From Octopus vulgaris (Eukaryota), in contig OX597837.1 of assembly GCA_951406725.2 (NCBI GenBank), positions 21,018,001 to 21,082,000 of the forward strand: DNA of 64,000 bases. The letters run 5' to 3'. The first letter of the stretch is position 1; every line of letters starts with the position of its first letter. Of this stretch, positions 40,331-54,059 are shown piece by piece. The notes under the pieces are model-generated. The model did no database searches and was not told the DNA's origin. It saw nothing but the letters and a program-made list of their open reading frames with translations. The translations under genes were made by a program, and so were the position numbers.

Positions 40331-41269
40331 GATAAACATCTATTGTCCATGCTGGTATAGGTTGGACTATATATATACACACATATAATATATGTGATGA
40401 GAATAGAGGGATAAATCATCCAGACAAGTACCATACGAGCAATCAGGTATAGTCTGGGTTCAGGCCAACTGCACCAAGTAGTAATGAGCACCTAAGATTA
40501 CCTAGGGCAAGCAATACCACTGTATTTCATCCAATGAGTAAATCCTGGTTTTGCTTCACTGGATTATGAATATTTTCGGGTGTGTAAATCAAAAACAATC
40601 ACAACAAATACAGAGCCTGGTACAGCTGCCTATTTTTTTTAAATTTTTATTTTTACAGTTAATTAGACAGCATAATTGTTTTAGATATGACCAACATGTT
40701 TCTATTGCATATATAATTAGTAGTTGTATTTGAAGCCAACTGCTTTCAACTATGTACCTTTATTCAAGGTCTGTCTATATAAGTGGTCCAAAGCAAACTG
40801 AGTTTATTTATGTGTGGCTAACACATTTTACTAGGTTACTTTGGTTTTAGATAGAAGAAAGAAAGTGGAGGGGGGGATTTAGAAACTTGATATGGCTATA
40901 AAAATTACTTCATATTTGACTTCATCACAACCTTAGGGTTAAAAGGACAAAACTGTGAGCCCAAGACCATAAAGTAGGTCAAGGTTTATTTCTCAGTGTT
41001 TTGTACAACAGCTGGGTACTAAATGAGATGAAATAACTTAAATTCTGTCAGATTAAATTATATATGTGTGGTATAAGGAACTTATTTAGGATGTCAATAT
41101 GAAAATTTCTCTGAGTTTTAGTTTCTATGTCCTCTATGTATTGCTATGATTTATAAAAAAGATATTTCAATGCATGGCTGCAGTCCATTGAATGAAAAGA
41201 ATAGGTGTGGTCAGTTTATTTATAATCTAAATTCAATCCTGGTCAGCAATACTTCACTAATGTACTTAC

Positions 41270-41452
41270 CATCTATCCGTTTCACTAACTCTTTCAAAGC
41301 ATTCACTTTCATCTGAATACCAGGTTGAGCAAATGTGTAGTTGTCTTGGATACCATCCAGTAATCTCGTTGTACACCAGAAACTGTCGGCTTCGATGATG
41401 TTTAATGTGTCAATTGAGAGTTTGCTTAAGTCACAGTTCTCCACTTCTATAT
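41270..41452 (-). CDS. TBC1D22: TBC1D22 exon (DIEVENCDL...EADSFWCTTRLLDGIQDNYTFAQPGIQMKVNALKELVKRID)
   Basis: ttcag acceptor, gtaagt donor, 183 nt, phase 1/1; EADSFWC..LLDGIQDNYTFAQPGIQ signature. Confidence 0.97.
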
Positions 41453-41784
41453 CTGAAGAAAAAAAAAAAGAAACAATAATACCAATTTGCAGTGTCAAAG
41501 ACCGGGTTGCAGTTGTGTGCCAAAATGTTAACACCCCACGAAATAAATTTGAAGTGAATTAAAACAACTTTGTGTTTTATTACTAATTTACTCATCTACC
41601 ATGTTAATTGCTTCGGTGTAAAAACACAGACTCAGACAAATCATTGGCTGAACAATTACAATTACACACACAAGGAGTTCTTTCAGTTTCCATCAACCAA
41701 ATCCATTCACAAAGCTTTGCTCAGCTTGGGGTTATAGTAGAACACCTGCCCATGGTGCCACGCAGTGGGACTGATTGTGATGAT

Positions 41785-42102
41785 GGGAGACCCCTTCGGT
41801 CATGACTGAAAGTTACCCTCCGAGGTACAAGTCCAGGAAAGGTTGTTTATGGAAGGCCAGTAGTCGCCCATGCATACCAGCCTCCCCTCTCCAAACCACT
41901 GATGTTATCCAAGGGAAAGGCAAAGGTCGATACAGTTTGGCACCTGTGATGTCACAACTCATTTCTACAGCTGAGTGAACTGGAGCAACATGAAATAAAG
42001 TGTCTTGCTCAAGAACACAACACGCAGCCCGGTCCGGAAATCAAACTCACAACCTCACGATCGTAAGCTCGATGCTCTAACCACTGAGCCATGTGCCTTC
42101 AC
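41785..42102 (-). mobile_element. tRNA-derived SINE with 12-bp TSD
   Basis: head gaaggcacatggctcagtggttagagc; gattgtgatgat at 41773-41784 and 42103-42114. Confidence 0.85.
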
Positions 42103-42642
42103 GATTGTGATGATAGGTATGCTTAATCAGCATTGACATAGAGCTGTGCAGTATAGTAGTAAAATAGGTCAGTTCAACAACTCATCTGTCTATATTAAAT
42201 ATCAATCTACCATCATACAGTTATAATCAAATTGGTGAGATGCAATGTAAAGGAGGAGTCTTTTGTCACACAGCACCATCTGGTTCATGGGTCCATTATT
42301 CAACTGTATTGCTCTGTAGATTGTAACATCAGTGACTAGGTTGTAAATGTACATAACACATCTTTGTAAAATAAAATGATAATTTCCAGTACTAACACAA
42401 CTACAAACAATTTGTGTGTGTGTGGGGGGGTTATAATTAACTAGGTCATTATCCATTGCTATACTGTCAGTAAAAACATTTATTAACCATGCGTGTACCT
42501 TCATAAACTTTTCAAAGTAATTTTTTTTTTTTGAAATCCAAGTTGCATTGTCTGTTGTTTATGTGTTGAAAGACAAAGAGAACCCCCGACCCCATCCAAA
42601 AACAACTGAAAAAAATAACTATATGAATTTATACATACAAAC

Positions 42643-42693
<51 letters not shown>

Positions 42694-43674
42694 GTCTGCT
42701 TTTTTTCTTAAGTCTATGTAGCATTGTGTTCACAGATTTGCACTTAAATTTCCGAGTTTTTAATCAAAACCTGTTAGTTACTAAAGCAACAACACCACCT
42801 ATTTATCTTCCACATTCTCTCTCTCTCTCTCTCAACAACTTTTTCTCCTCCCCTTCTTCCCTCTCTCTGTACAGATGTTGTTATGGGCAAAAATGATGAA
42901 AATCAGCTTCTCTTTTGTAATATAAGATTGAATCAGCCTCACTGCTTGATTAGTATTTTATTTTTATCAACACTTACTCTCAACATTGTACTCAGAAGTT
43001 AGACCAGTGGTTCCCAAAACCATGCGCTGCAAGATGTGACTAGGTGCACCTCAAAAAAAGTACGATTATATTCCAAAATAAGAAAATTACAAACCATAAT
43101 TCACTAGAAAGTTCATATATAAGTGACTAACAGGCAAAAAACTAAATACTAAGTTCTAAACTAAGAATGAGAGGTGGTTGTGTCATTCAATTCATTTAGG
43201 CTAATTATGGTATGAGAGTGTTATTCAATTTTGAATCTGAAATTTCATAAAGATAAGAACTAAATTAGCATCAGTCTATCCTTGAAATTGACATCTTATG
43301 AACATATTCAGAGCACGACTATGTTTTAGTTTATTTCGGTCGCAGCCTCACCAGTTTTCATTTCAATAATAAGCGTAAAAAACAAACTACTGAACTACAA
43401 TATACGATGTTGAGTTAAATCTTTTTAATACATTCTCACATATTATTGTGACTGAATTTCAATGCTTTTCATTCATATAGCAGCAAGAATGTTTGTCTTT
43501 TCAATTGATTTTGAAAGGCTTCTCAAATGAGTCCGATAATAAGTAACACAAAGCCACTTTTCACAGCTCACTGGTCACTTGTCTCAGTCTCAGTTTGACT
43601 GTTAGTAATCTGTGTTCTTTGTGCAAGAGGATTCATATTAACAGATTCAAACAAAATGGATAAGTTTATTAAAA

Positions 43675-43790
43675 GAAGATGAAATGCAGTTTGAGTTTGT
43701 TCCGGGGAAAAGCACCACTGATGCTATATTTCTGGTAAGACAGCTGCGGGAGAAATACCGAGCCAAAGATAAAGCTCTGTACCTGGATTT
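43675..43790 (+). mobile_element. RTE-clade LINE reverse transcriptase fragment
   Basis: MQFEFVPGKSTTDAIFLVRQLREKY matches the QFGF.PG.STTDAIF..RQL.EK RT motif. Confidence 0.85.
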
Positions 43791-44179
43791 TGAAGTTAAT
43801 CGGAAACCTCGACGCTTTCTTCGATTAATATTTAATGTAAAGGATGCGAGCTGCACCCATCCAGTGCAGGAATCTCTCATCCTGTTACAAATACATGAAC
43901 CCTTTAGCATTCAGATTTTTCTGTCAAATATAATGTTTATTAACATTGTTTTGAATTAACCATGCATTATCTTTTTTGTGTTGAGATTTCAATGATGTGC
44001 TTGTTTATATTTAGTATGACATTGTAGGGTAGGTGTATGAGGCTGAGTATGACCAGTCTATACATAAAACAGGCATATTTGGACCAGATATGACCAGATA
44101 TGGCTGGTTGAAATGCTAAAGGGTTGAAAAGAAAGTGACTGATACTCAACTGACATCAGTGGAATCAGAAAAGTGGGCG

Positions 44180-44549
44180 TAGTTCCGAGTTCAGTCCCAC
44201 TGCGTGGCACCTTAGGCAAGTGTCTTCTACTATAGCCTCGGGCCGATCAAAGCCTTGTGAGTGGATCTGGTAGACGGAAACTGAAAGAAGCCCATCCTAT
44301 ACATGTATATATATGTATGTATGTATGTGTGTGTATATGTTTCTATGTCTGTGTTTGAGCCCCCAAACATCGTTTGACAACCGATGCTGGTGTGTTTATG
44401 TCCCCGTAACTTAGCAGTTTGGCAAAAGAGACCAATAGAATAAGTACTAGGCTTACAAAGAATAAGTCCTGGGGTCATTTTGTTCGACTAAAGACGGTGC
44501 TCCAGCATGGCCACAGTTAAATGACTGAAACAAGTAAAAGAGTAAAGAG
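44180..44549 (+). mobile_element. OR2-like SINE, 5'-truncated, ending about 10 nt from a TBC1D22 donor site
   Basis: gttcagtcccactgcgtggcacc...atgactgaaacaagtaaaagag. Confidence 0.85.
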
Positions 44550-44559
44550 TAATACATAC

Positions 44560-44680
44560 CATTGCTAATGTACTCAGAAAGATAGACAACAAAAAACGGC
44601 GTCACAAGATCATTAATTCCTTGTACATAACCACTGGCTGGATGGCGGATAGCCCATATATACAGGATTCTTTCAAATAT
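44560..44680 (-). CDS. TBC1D22: TBC1D22 glutamine-finger exon (IFERILYIWAIRHPASGYVQGINDLVTPFFVVYLSEYISN)
   Basis: ttttag acceptor, gtatgt donor, 121 nt; YxQ motif (GYVQGIND). Confidence 0.97.
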
Positions 44681-46130
44681 CTAAAAGAATGAAGAAAATA
44701 AAAAAAAAATTTTAGCATGTTTAAAAAAATAACCAAAATAATAATTTTCCATATAGACACAAAGACATCAATTTTGAAGGGAAGTGGGTAAGTCACTACT
44801 GAGAATCCCAGTACATGACTGGTATTTCATTTTATCAATCTTGGAGGCAAAGTTGACCATGGCAGAATTTGAATTTAAAACAAAGTCCAAGAATGTATTT
44901 TTTTTGATACTCTTCTGATTCTGCCAATTCATTGCCTTAATAATAACGAGGTTGTTTGCCACAAGGGAAAATGATGAAAGGGACAATACAAAAACAGGCA
45001 TAAAGTTTACATAAAACATAAGAATACATGGTAAATGGCATTAAAAAAGATGAAGAAACTGCAATCCTCCAAATACAGGAGGACATCTAGGATCAATCGA
45101 GAAATCACATCATTAAACATTTTGCCAAACGCTAAGAACAATTGCCCTCTCCACTTGCTCTGCTCCAATTTACAGGCATGGTCTGATCCACTCCACTACC
45201 CTCATCCACCTTTCAATAAATATTAGCAGTCTACACCTCCCTCTCCATCGTCACCATTTTCAAGTGAAACTTTAAAAATATCAATGATGAATAGAGATTT
45301 TTTTTTTTCAACCAATCAAAAATATTCTTTGGGGTTGGATAACTTGCTAGAAAATGTAACCAAATCTGCAAATCACACTATCACCATCTTAAAAAAAAGT
45401 GAAGGATACACTAGATTATTTAACCCTAAAAAATACAAGAGAGTCACTAAAGAAATACCTTTGATCTTAGTTCTTCTAAATTGGCATTGGTCCTGGAGCT
45501 AAACTATAACTAATTGGTGGAGGAGAATGAATCTTTCTACCAACTCCAAGGATCTTTGCATCTTAGTTCTGACTCTCCATTTTTTTAGAGCTTACAAGTT
45601 AAACTAAAAGAAAAGACAAGTCTTCACACAAGACAGGATTACAATCTACCACTAAATAATACTGGCCATAACTTCACCCCTCACACTCGGCAACATAATA
45701 AGGATAATACTCAATTTTGTATGTATGTGTCAATTAGACCATCATTACCCCCATTTTAACATTCATTTTTGCATGCTGGCACAGGTCAGACAAATTTCAC
45801 TGCAACAGAGTTTCTGCTGCTGAATGCTCTTCAGGTCAGCTCTCACCCGTTTGCAAGCAAGTTAATACTTCCTCTCCCACCAAGTCCTTTCAATCCAAAC
45901 AGCTCAATGGCCAGACAAGCTTTCAGGAAAACTGCAAACAAATGACACCATCTTTGTATGAGCAGTAACTGTTCATACAATCAGTGCATTATGCCAACAC
46001 ACACACACACACTGGGGACATTTCAGTTTCTATCTTAGATGAAGAACAACCACTGTTAGCTGCAGGAGTTTCAAACAGACCAGTTACTGAGTCACTGCAG
46101 TTCTTAAAGTGAAAGCGACAAGGGAGTGTT

Positions 46131-46162
<32 letters not shown>

Positions 46163-46320
46163 CAGCAAAGTTTTATCAGTGAACAGGTCACAGTTTCAAA
46201 GCAACAAAAATATTTTGACACAAATTAAATTTAAATGTTGAAGTGAATTTAAAGTTTTATGTTTTTTTATGTGTGTGAGAGTTCTTAAATGGCTTATAAA
46301 CATCTTCCATGCTACAATTG

Positions 46321-46361
<41 letters not shown>

Positions 46362-48094
46362 CTAGCAGGGAGATGAGTCACTGCTATCTCCAGCAGTCAA
46401 GCATCCATCGTTGATGAAACCAAAGAAGGCCAAAATCATGTGATCTGGTGGTCTCAGCGCTGGGGGTGGCAAGGATTAATCTCCCCTCTAGTGACATAAA
46501 CAAGAGTGCATCTTACACCAAAAGCCAATATGTGAGTTTCTCTCATGGTATCTACCCGCAGTATAGTTAGTTCTAACAGAACATACATATCTAAGTGGGG
46601 ATAAAAATTACCTCTCGCTAAAGTGATAATTATAATGATGTCCCTGCACTACAGGCTGCAGCTTCCTGGGTCAAGCATTCATGCCCCAGTTACACATACG
46701 TGCAACCAACTTTGCTGCATGAAGTCATCTACTGCCACCTGCTTCTGCATCAACCCTTCAATGCTCAACTCCGCACAATGGTCAAAATACTTCATTTTAT
46801 CTTGCTGGTATGTCAGAGCCAACTTCAAACTGCTAATGTACAATATCACACGTGCACATGCATTCTATGAGCTGCAGTTAGTTTATTCAGAGAAAGATGG
46901 AATCTCTTTGCTGCATGTAGGGGTAAGGGCTAACAGAATATTTTCAAATGCATTCCTATTTTAACTATTATGTTTTTTGGGACACCGATTTCCATTGCTG
47001 AACATACATATTTACATGATGGGCTTCTTCAAAGTTTCAATCAAATTTCTATTCATGATGCATTTGGTTAGCCTAATGCTACAACAAAGAACAGTAGCTC
47101 AAGGAGCCATGCAGCATAAATCAACTCTAGAACCCAATGGTTGCAAAACAAAACTTCTCAATCATAGGACCATACCTGCAATATATTTTCATGCATTCAG
47201 ACATTATGCTTTTAGGCTTCAAAGTTAGTGGCAAGTTTCTAGACTAATTTAAAACAAAGGAAGTTAGTAAAAATATATACATATTTATATGTAACTCCAT
47301 GATGCATTTCGGCTTGACCAAGATTAAGGTTAGTTTAATCGCAGGATGGACACCCACCTACCCACCCCACCTCCACAAAACAAGGATGCTCAAACCATGC
47401 AGTTATTTCAACCAAATAAACATGCATCCACATTAGGCTTCACAACTGTCTAAAAAGAACAAAAAAATTTCCAACAAGATGCAAGACTCAGTCTCCAACC
47501 ATTTCCTTTCCAACAATCATAATCATTGGTTTCTTGTTTTACCACAAAGACTATTTCGTCTAATTCTTTTATATTCGTTAAGCCTTTTCAGGCAAAACTG
47601 TTCTTTATAATATGACGCTATTTTCCTGTTTTAAAATTATTTAAATTAAAACTTCCCACTGAAATTTCATGTTAATTTATGATCCAAACAATGACAAAGT
47701 TATTTTACCAAATTCTTCATCATGTTTTCAAAATTAATTGAAAGAAAAACAATGCATTTCAACAGAAATATGACAATAAAAAGATTAAACAGACAAGAAT
47801 TCAAAATGATGCTTTTGTTACCTATTTACCAAAGTACAAAATGGCAGCTAAGTCCCTAAGCGCTAAATAGTTGTGATTAACGAATCTGGTAAGGCTTTAA
47901 CTCAGAAACATTATGAAACTGGAAACCACGGATTGTTTCATCTTGATCACACTCTTCCTACTATTCTTACAAAGAAACAAAGTCTTTCATTTATTGTGTA
48001 TGGACATAATTGACTGTCCCTCAGTATATTACAGGTATCTAAGAGAAAAATGAAAGGCGGATAAGAAATGAGTTGGCATCAAGATTTAATAATA

Positions 48095-49745
48095 ATGGTT
48101 ACAAATTTTGGCACAAGGCCAGCAATTTTCAGGGAGTGGGTAAGTTGATTACATCAACCCCAGTGTTCAACTGGTACTTATTTTACCGACCTCAAAAGGA
48201 TGAAAGGTAAAGTTGATCATGGCCACATTTGAACTCAGAATGTTCAGGGTCAGAAGAAATGCAGCTAAGAATTTTTTTTCCCCGGTATGCTAACGATTCT
48301 GCCAGCTCGTTGCCTTAATAATAATAAGAATAATCCTTTCTGCTAAAGGCATAAGGCTTGAAATTTTGGAGGAGGGGACTAGTCGATTACATTGACCCTC
48401 ACTGGTGCCTAATTTATCGACCCTGAAAGGATGAAAGGCAAAGTCGACCTAGTAATTTGAACTCAGAACATGAAGACAGACAAAATGCTGCTAAGCATGG
48501 TAGCATTTCTGCCAGCTCACTGCCAGAAGAATAATAATACCTGAAACAGAGCCAGGGCATGTTTCTGATTGGTAAATCATCTTTCCAGGATACAATATTG
48601 GTTTCATCACTGGTGAAAGAGGTGGAGTCAGGCAGAGAGATGCAATCTGGTACTTAAGATTAGCCACTAGGACTTAGCTCTCGTGTTTTACACTGATTAA
48701 AGGCTTATGAGTTGTACTGTATTAATGGAGATCCTAAAATCTCTCGGAGCCAATCCTTTCAGCTGTGAGGAAAGGTGATACAATTCACCATTGTAGTCAG
48801 AGGATGCAAGGTATGATTGGCAACCATTTTCTCATTGGCCACAACTGTCACTGTCACCACCACCACCACCACCACCACAGGATCAGGAAAGAAGCACTGA
48901 AAAGCTACACCCTTCTATCTAACCTATAAGATGGACATCTCTATCCCACCACTGTCCTCCAATTAAGGTAAAAGGAAATAGCGACCCACTTTTAATTAAC
49001 ACATGAAAATAGGGAAAATAAAACAAATCAGCCTAATTATCATACTTTATGAGACATGGATTTTCTTCTCTTTTATTTTTTGCTAACATATTTGATGACA
49101 ATAAAAAAAAAGTTTACCTCAAACCAAAATATATAAATATGAATAGTAATAGGATTTCAAAGCTTCCTTTGTGTAACACAATACAATGAAGAATTCTTTA
49201 ACTTACCTGCCAGAAGTTATTGTGAAAAAAGATGATTAAACAAACAAAACTGGTTGACATATTAGATAAATATTTTGGCACAAAGCCAGTAATTTCAAGG
49301 GCAGATGTGGAAGTCAATTACATCAAACTTGCCAGTGCTCAATTGGTGCTTATTTTATCAAACCCACAAGGATGAAAGGCAAAGTCGACCTCAGTGCAAT
49401 TTGAACTCAGGACAAAATGCTGCTAAGCATTTTGTCCAGCATGCTAATGATTCTGCCAGCTCACTGCCTTAGATTGGATAAATATATTGAATGATCTTAT
49501 GAAATAGGTTAAAAGCCAAATAACATTGGTTTCAAATTTTGGTAAAAGGTCAGCAATTCCAGGGAAGGGATTAAGTTGATTACATCAACCCCAGTGCTTG
49601 ACTGGTAGTTGTTTAATTAAACTTGCAAGGATGAAAGGCAAAGTTGACTTTGGTGGAATTTGAACTCAAAATGTAAAGACAGACAAAATGCTGCTAAGCA
49701 TTTTGCCTGGTGTTTTAATGATTCTGCCAGCTCACCACCTTAGAT
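48095..49745 (-). mobile_element. cluster of older MetaSINE-type copies
   Basis: four reverse copies with ggcacaaggcc...ggatgaaaggcaaagt...tctgccagctc. Confidence 0.75.
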
Positions 49746-51901
49746 TAGATAAATATGTTGATAGAATGAATGAAATAGATTAGATAAAAGCCAAGTAATA
49801 TTGAGACAGAAGGAGTCAAGGAAAGAGAGAGAAAAGAAATAGTGCAAAGAGTATAAAAAACAAAACTAATTGTAACTCTGACCCTGATGCCATTCTAAAG
49901 GAATCGATTTTGTAATCTAAGCCAATAAGAGGTTCATATATTATCTCTATTCAAAAAAGGGCAACTTTTCAAAATGTTAGACTCCTTCACTACTCACTAG
50001 AAGTCAACTTGTTGAATTCTTCTACAAACTCCCCCATCACTCTTAAACAGCAAACATCATCGATTGTTGCTTCATTACAGAACACTGGATATCATCAACT
50101 GATGTGTATTTGCAGAATGCAGGAGTTTCAAATGAATTTTATGCTCAATGCCAGATGCAAAGGAAAGTGAATATTTAACAGCACTTTTCAATGAGATTGT
50201 CAATTTTATTGTGCAAGAGACTAAAAATTTATCATCATCATTTATCATCCGTTTTCCATGCTGACATAGACTGGGGACTGGCAAGCCAGAAGGCTGCACC
50301 AGGCTCCAATCTGATCTGGTAAGGTTTCTGCAGCTGGATGCCCTTCCTAACGCCAACCACTCCAAGAGTGTAGTGGGTGCTTTTTACATGCCACCAGTAC
50401 AGGGGCCAGTCAGGTGGCACTGGCATTAACCACATTCAAGTGGTGCTTTTTTATGTGCCACTGGCACAGGAGCCAGTCGGGGAGGGACTGGCATCGACCA
50501 CATTTGGATGGTGCTTTTTACGTGCCACCAGCAGATTTTGGGGGTTTTTTTGCTTGCTTAGGGTTTTTTTTTGTTTGCCTACTTACACATTCATGCATTC
50601 CTTTTCTTCTGTTTAAAGGCTAAATACTGTCAGAAACAGAATAAAACATGGCAGTTGAACCAGTAAAGGAGCCTCTGCAGGGCCATTCAACAAGCTAGGA
50701 ATAGCAACTAAGTTTCTCTCAACTAGAACAATAGCTTTAAAAAGGACACATTGGACAATCTAATCATAGGAATAATAGCTGGAACAATAAGGATGGTCAT
50801 GGCTGGAATGCCTTCAAATGTTAATCAAAATAATTTCATTTCAGCCTAATTTAATTACTGGAAATAACTCTCAAAAATTCATCATCAATACAATTTACAT
50901 CAGTTTTTGCAGGCTTCAACTGGCTTTTGCAGAGGTTTGCTCTTACAGAACAAACATTCACTTTGTAGGCACTGAAGTCACTTTTGCCAGTGTTTCTAGC
51001 TAGACTGCTTTGACTGAGGACAAAACCAGAAACTCTTCCTATTATCCATGCCCAAGAAATATTTTTACCAGACTTTGTGGCCTGTAGTCATATAATCAAA
51101 AGACTGGCCTTCCTTTAGAGCCTTTTATAGACTCAGTTGCTTGTTCTTAACATTAAGCATTCAACCATGAAGCGAGAGTGACTCCCTATATTTAAACTAG
51201 GTTAGTCAAAGGATAAGTAATTTGTCAAGAGCCACAAGGTACTGCAAAATGAGATTTAACCATTTAACATTTAAACCAGCCATATCCAGTCCAAATCTTA
51301 TGGTCAAACCAACCAGATCTGGCCTCACACTTACTCTACAGTCACATCATCAAAATCTCAAAGCTAAGAAATAATGCAGGATTAATTCAAAACCATGTGA
51401 ATAAACAAACATTACATTTGACAGGGTAATCTGAATGATTAAACTTATGCTGATTATTATGGGGTTTTTTTTATTATAAAACTGTCTTTAAAAGAGATGA
51501 CGCAATCAGAAAATAAAGAACATTGATTTAAAAAAAAAATAAACAGCTAAATTTCTTTGATTATTTAAGATGTTAAGAGAAATAAAGAGATAATGAAAGG
51601 TTGGCTTTCCTTAACCTTTCCATCAGTTCTAGGGATAAATAATGATATATATTGGCAGCATGACAGAGTTGCTGGTTTTTCTTCTAAACAACTGTCTCCA
51701 TTGAATGAGTATATTAAAGAACAACCAAAAAAGAAACAGGTGGAAAGAAAGGGTGAGATAGACAGACAGAAACAGGTGAAAATTTTCTGGTCCGTTTGCA
51801 GAGCTGGATGTGAAGTCAAGTGAAAGAAACAGGTAAGAAAATATATTTAAAAAAAGATGAATAAGAGATGGCAGCTGTAAAGTTGACTAACTGATACTCA
51901 C

Positions 51902-51967
51902 TTCCTGCACGGCATTCTGCTGGAACAAGTGTGCAACAGAAGTCATTCGAGGGATATCTTTAAGAAT
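51902..51967 (-). CDS. TBC1D22: TBC1D22 arginine-finger exon, copy B (ILKDIPRMTSVAHLFQQNAVQE), putative mutually exclusive alternative
   Basis: tttttgcag acceptor, gtgagt donor, 66 nt, phase 0/0, no stop; colinear with copy A (I..DIPRM.....LFQ...VQE). Confidence 0.85.
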
Positions 51968-54005
51968 CTGCAAAAACAGGGAGCAGGGTGTTTTTGAAGA
52001 AGACAGTAATCTACTACTAACCATCAAAGAGCTACGGTGTTACACTCGTTGAGTAGGAGTGAAGTCAACATGGAAACGACAAACCAGACTAAAACTTACA
52101 AAATTAGAAAATATTTTGTTATTATTTATTTGGGAAAGAAAGGTTTGTTTGCTTGCTGTTTTTTTTTTAAATAATTTTTTTTAAGAATTTCTTTTTTTAC
52201 GAACATTTTAAAAAACAATTCATTCCTCATTTGTATATCAACATAGGTTAGATAAATCTAAAAATCCACACATCTGCACAAATTACAGTGGAAGCCTGCT
52301 CTTTGAAACGAGTAGCCACAGATAAAATTATAGAGCATGACATGGAATGATGTACAAGCTGAAGAAGTATCAGCGTATTGATTTATAACAATGTGTTTTT
52401 AAAAGTTTACATCAACAAATTTAAGGACCAATTATTAGTCTTGACGAATGATTAATTAATCATAAGCATATATAAATCACCAGTGCTAAACAGCTACATT
52501 CAATTTCCAGTATTATGCTAGCTGTAACAACATACATAAACTGTAAAATATTTACAGCTCTGTTAATCAATACCAAAAGATGGAAAGGTGTTACTAACAA
52601 TATCAGGGGTAACAGATAATTTTTTTAAAAACCAAAATCTGATTCTAAGTTTAGACAAAGCCCGTCTGGTTTCTCGAAAATGTTAACTTTTCTCATATGG
52701 CCTGAAAAAAAGACAAACACATGTTAGTTATTAAGAGAGAAGATAAAACAAAGCCCCAGCAATGAAAAACAAAAATTAAAACAACAGAAAAAGCCAACAA
52801 AATACACCCAAATATAAATGTTAAAATGTCAAAAGAAATTGCACAGCCACCTTGATTCAAATGTAGCATCTGAACTAGCAAGGGCAGGGTGCTAAGACAT
52901 CCATAGTGCAGCATGCTGGGTAGGGATCAAGGGGTACAGCAGAAAAATATTTAGCTAGTTAGACAGCAAAATGCAGCAACTTGTGTCTTTCCCTTCAACC
53001 AAATTCTACCAAAGTAACATCTTAACTGGGTTTTCATTTATACACAGTTTCATATCAACTTGAAAAAAAAAAATACACATTAAAATTAAAAGCTAAAATC
53101 AAACAGGAATTTAGTTGATCAAAATTAATGTTTTTATTATTTTACTTAAAATATTTTTGTAAGTGAATTTCCAGTGAATAGCTGTCACAACATCATCGTT
53201 TAACATCCATTTTCCATGCTGGCATGTGTTGGACAGTTTGACAGAAGCTGGCAGGCTAGAGCTGCACCAGGTCCCAGTTGTCCATTTTGGCATGGTTTCT
53301 ACAGCTGGATGGCCCTTCCTAACATCAATCACTTTACAGAGTGTGTTGGGTGCTTTATATGGCCCCAGCATGGGTGCTTTTTATGTGATGCCAGCATGTA
53401 ACACTTTAGTTAAAAATAAAAATGTTCTAAAACTATTTTCAGTATAGCTAATATGGTACAAAATGACTAAGAGATATATTAAGATATATTTTTTTTAAAA
53501 AGTGAGAAGGGCAACGTTCTTCCCTGTAGCTAAATTACTCCAGGAATTCTTTCTGAGTATATTCATAAATATCTACACCTATATTCACCTCAACATCATT
53601 CCATGAGATTAATTCCGAAATTGATTCAATATAGAAATAACAAACTTTTTTTAAAATTCTGTTGACTAGCTTTCCTCGATTTCAGCACAATGTATTTCTG
53701 TAGTGGGACGATTTAAAAGTCCGTTATCAGCATATTGGCATGGAACTAATTTTCTTTTGCCCTTGTTTATAAGTTGTTTATAATTTTAAACTTTAAAGGT
53801 ATTCTAATACGCTGCCACTTTTTGATGAAATTTTTTTCTGTAAAAAAACTTCATCCTATATTAGTAGTATATATAATACCGGAGTAAAGACATAAATGTG
53901 AAACAAGGTGGAAAAAAGGTGGAATTTTAACAAAACTGTCCGACGAATGGGAACGTGAAACTCCGAGTAACAGGTTTTGTTGAATTTCTGCTGCTTTGAA
54001 ATAAA

Positions 54006-54059
<54 letters not shown>

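Noticed and set aside
43005-43520. hAT element starting cagtggttcccaaa
   Set aside because: Only one terminal repeat is visible; no matching end or TSD found
46623-46964. 113-aa ORF in a GC-richer intronic stretch
   Set aside because: No recognisable motif or splice structure; antisense within a TBC1D22 intron
52850-52915. Possible small exon between copies A and B (caag/gtggct donor)
   Set aside because: Weak donor; candidate acceptors give a stop or frameshift in phase 0; better explained as a pairing element
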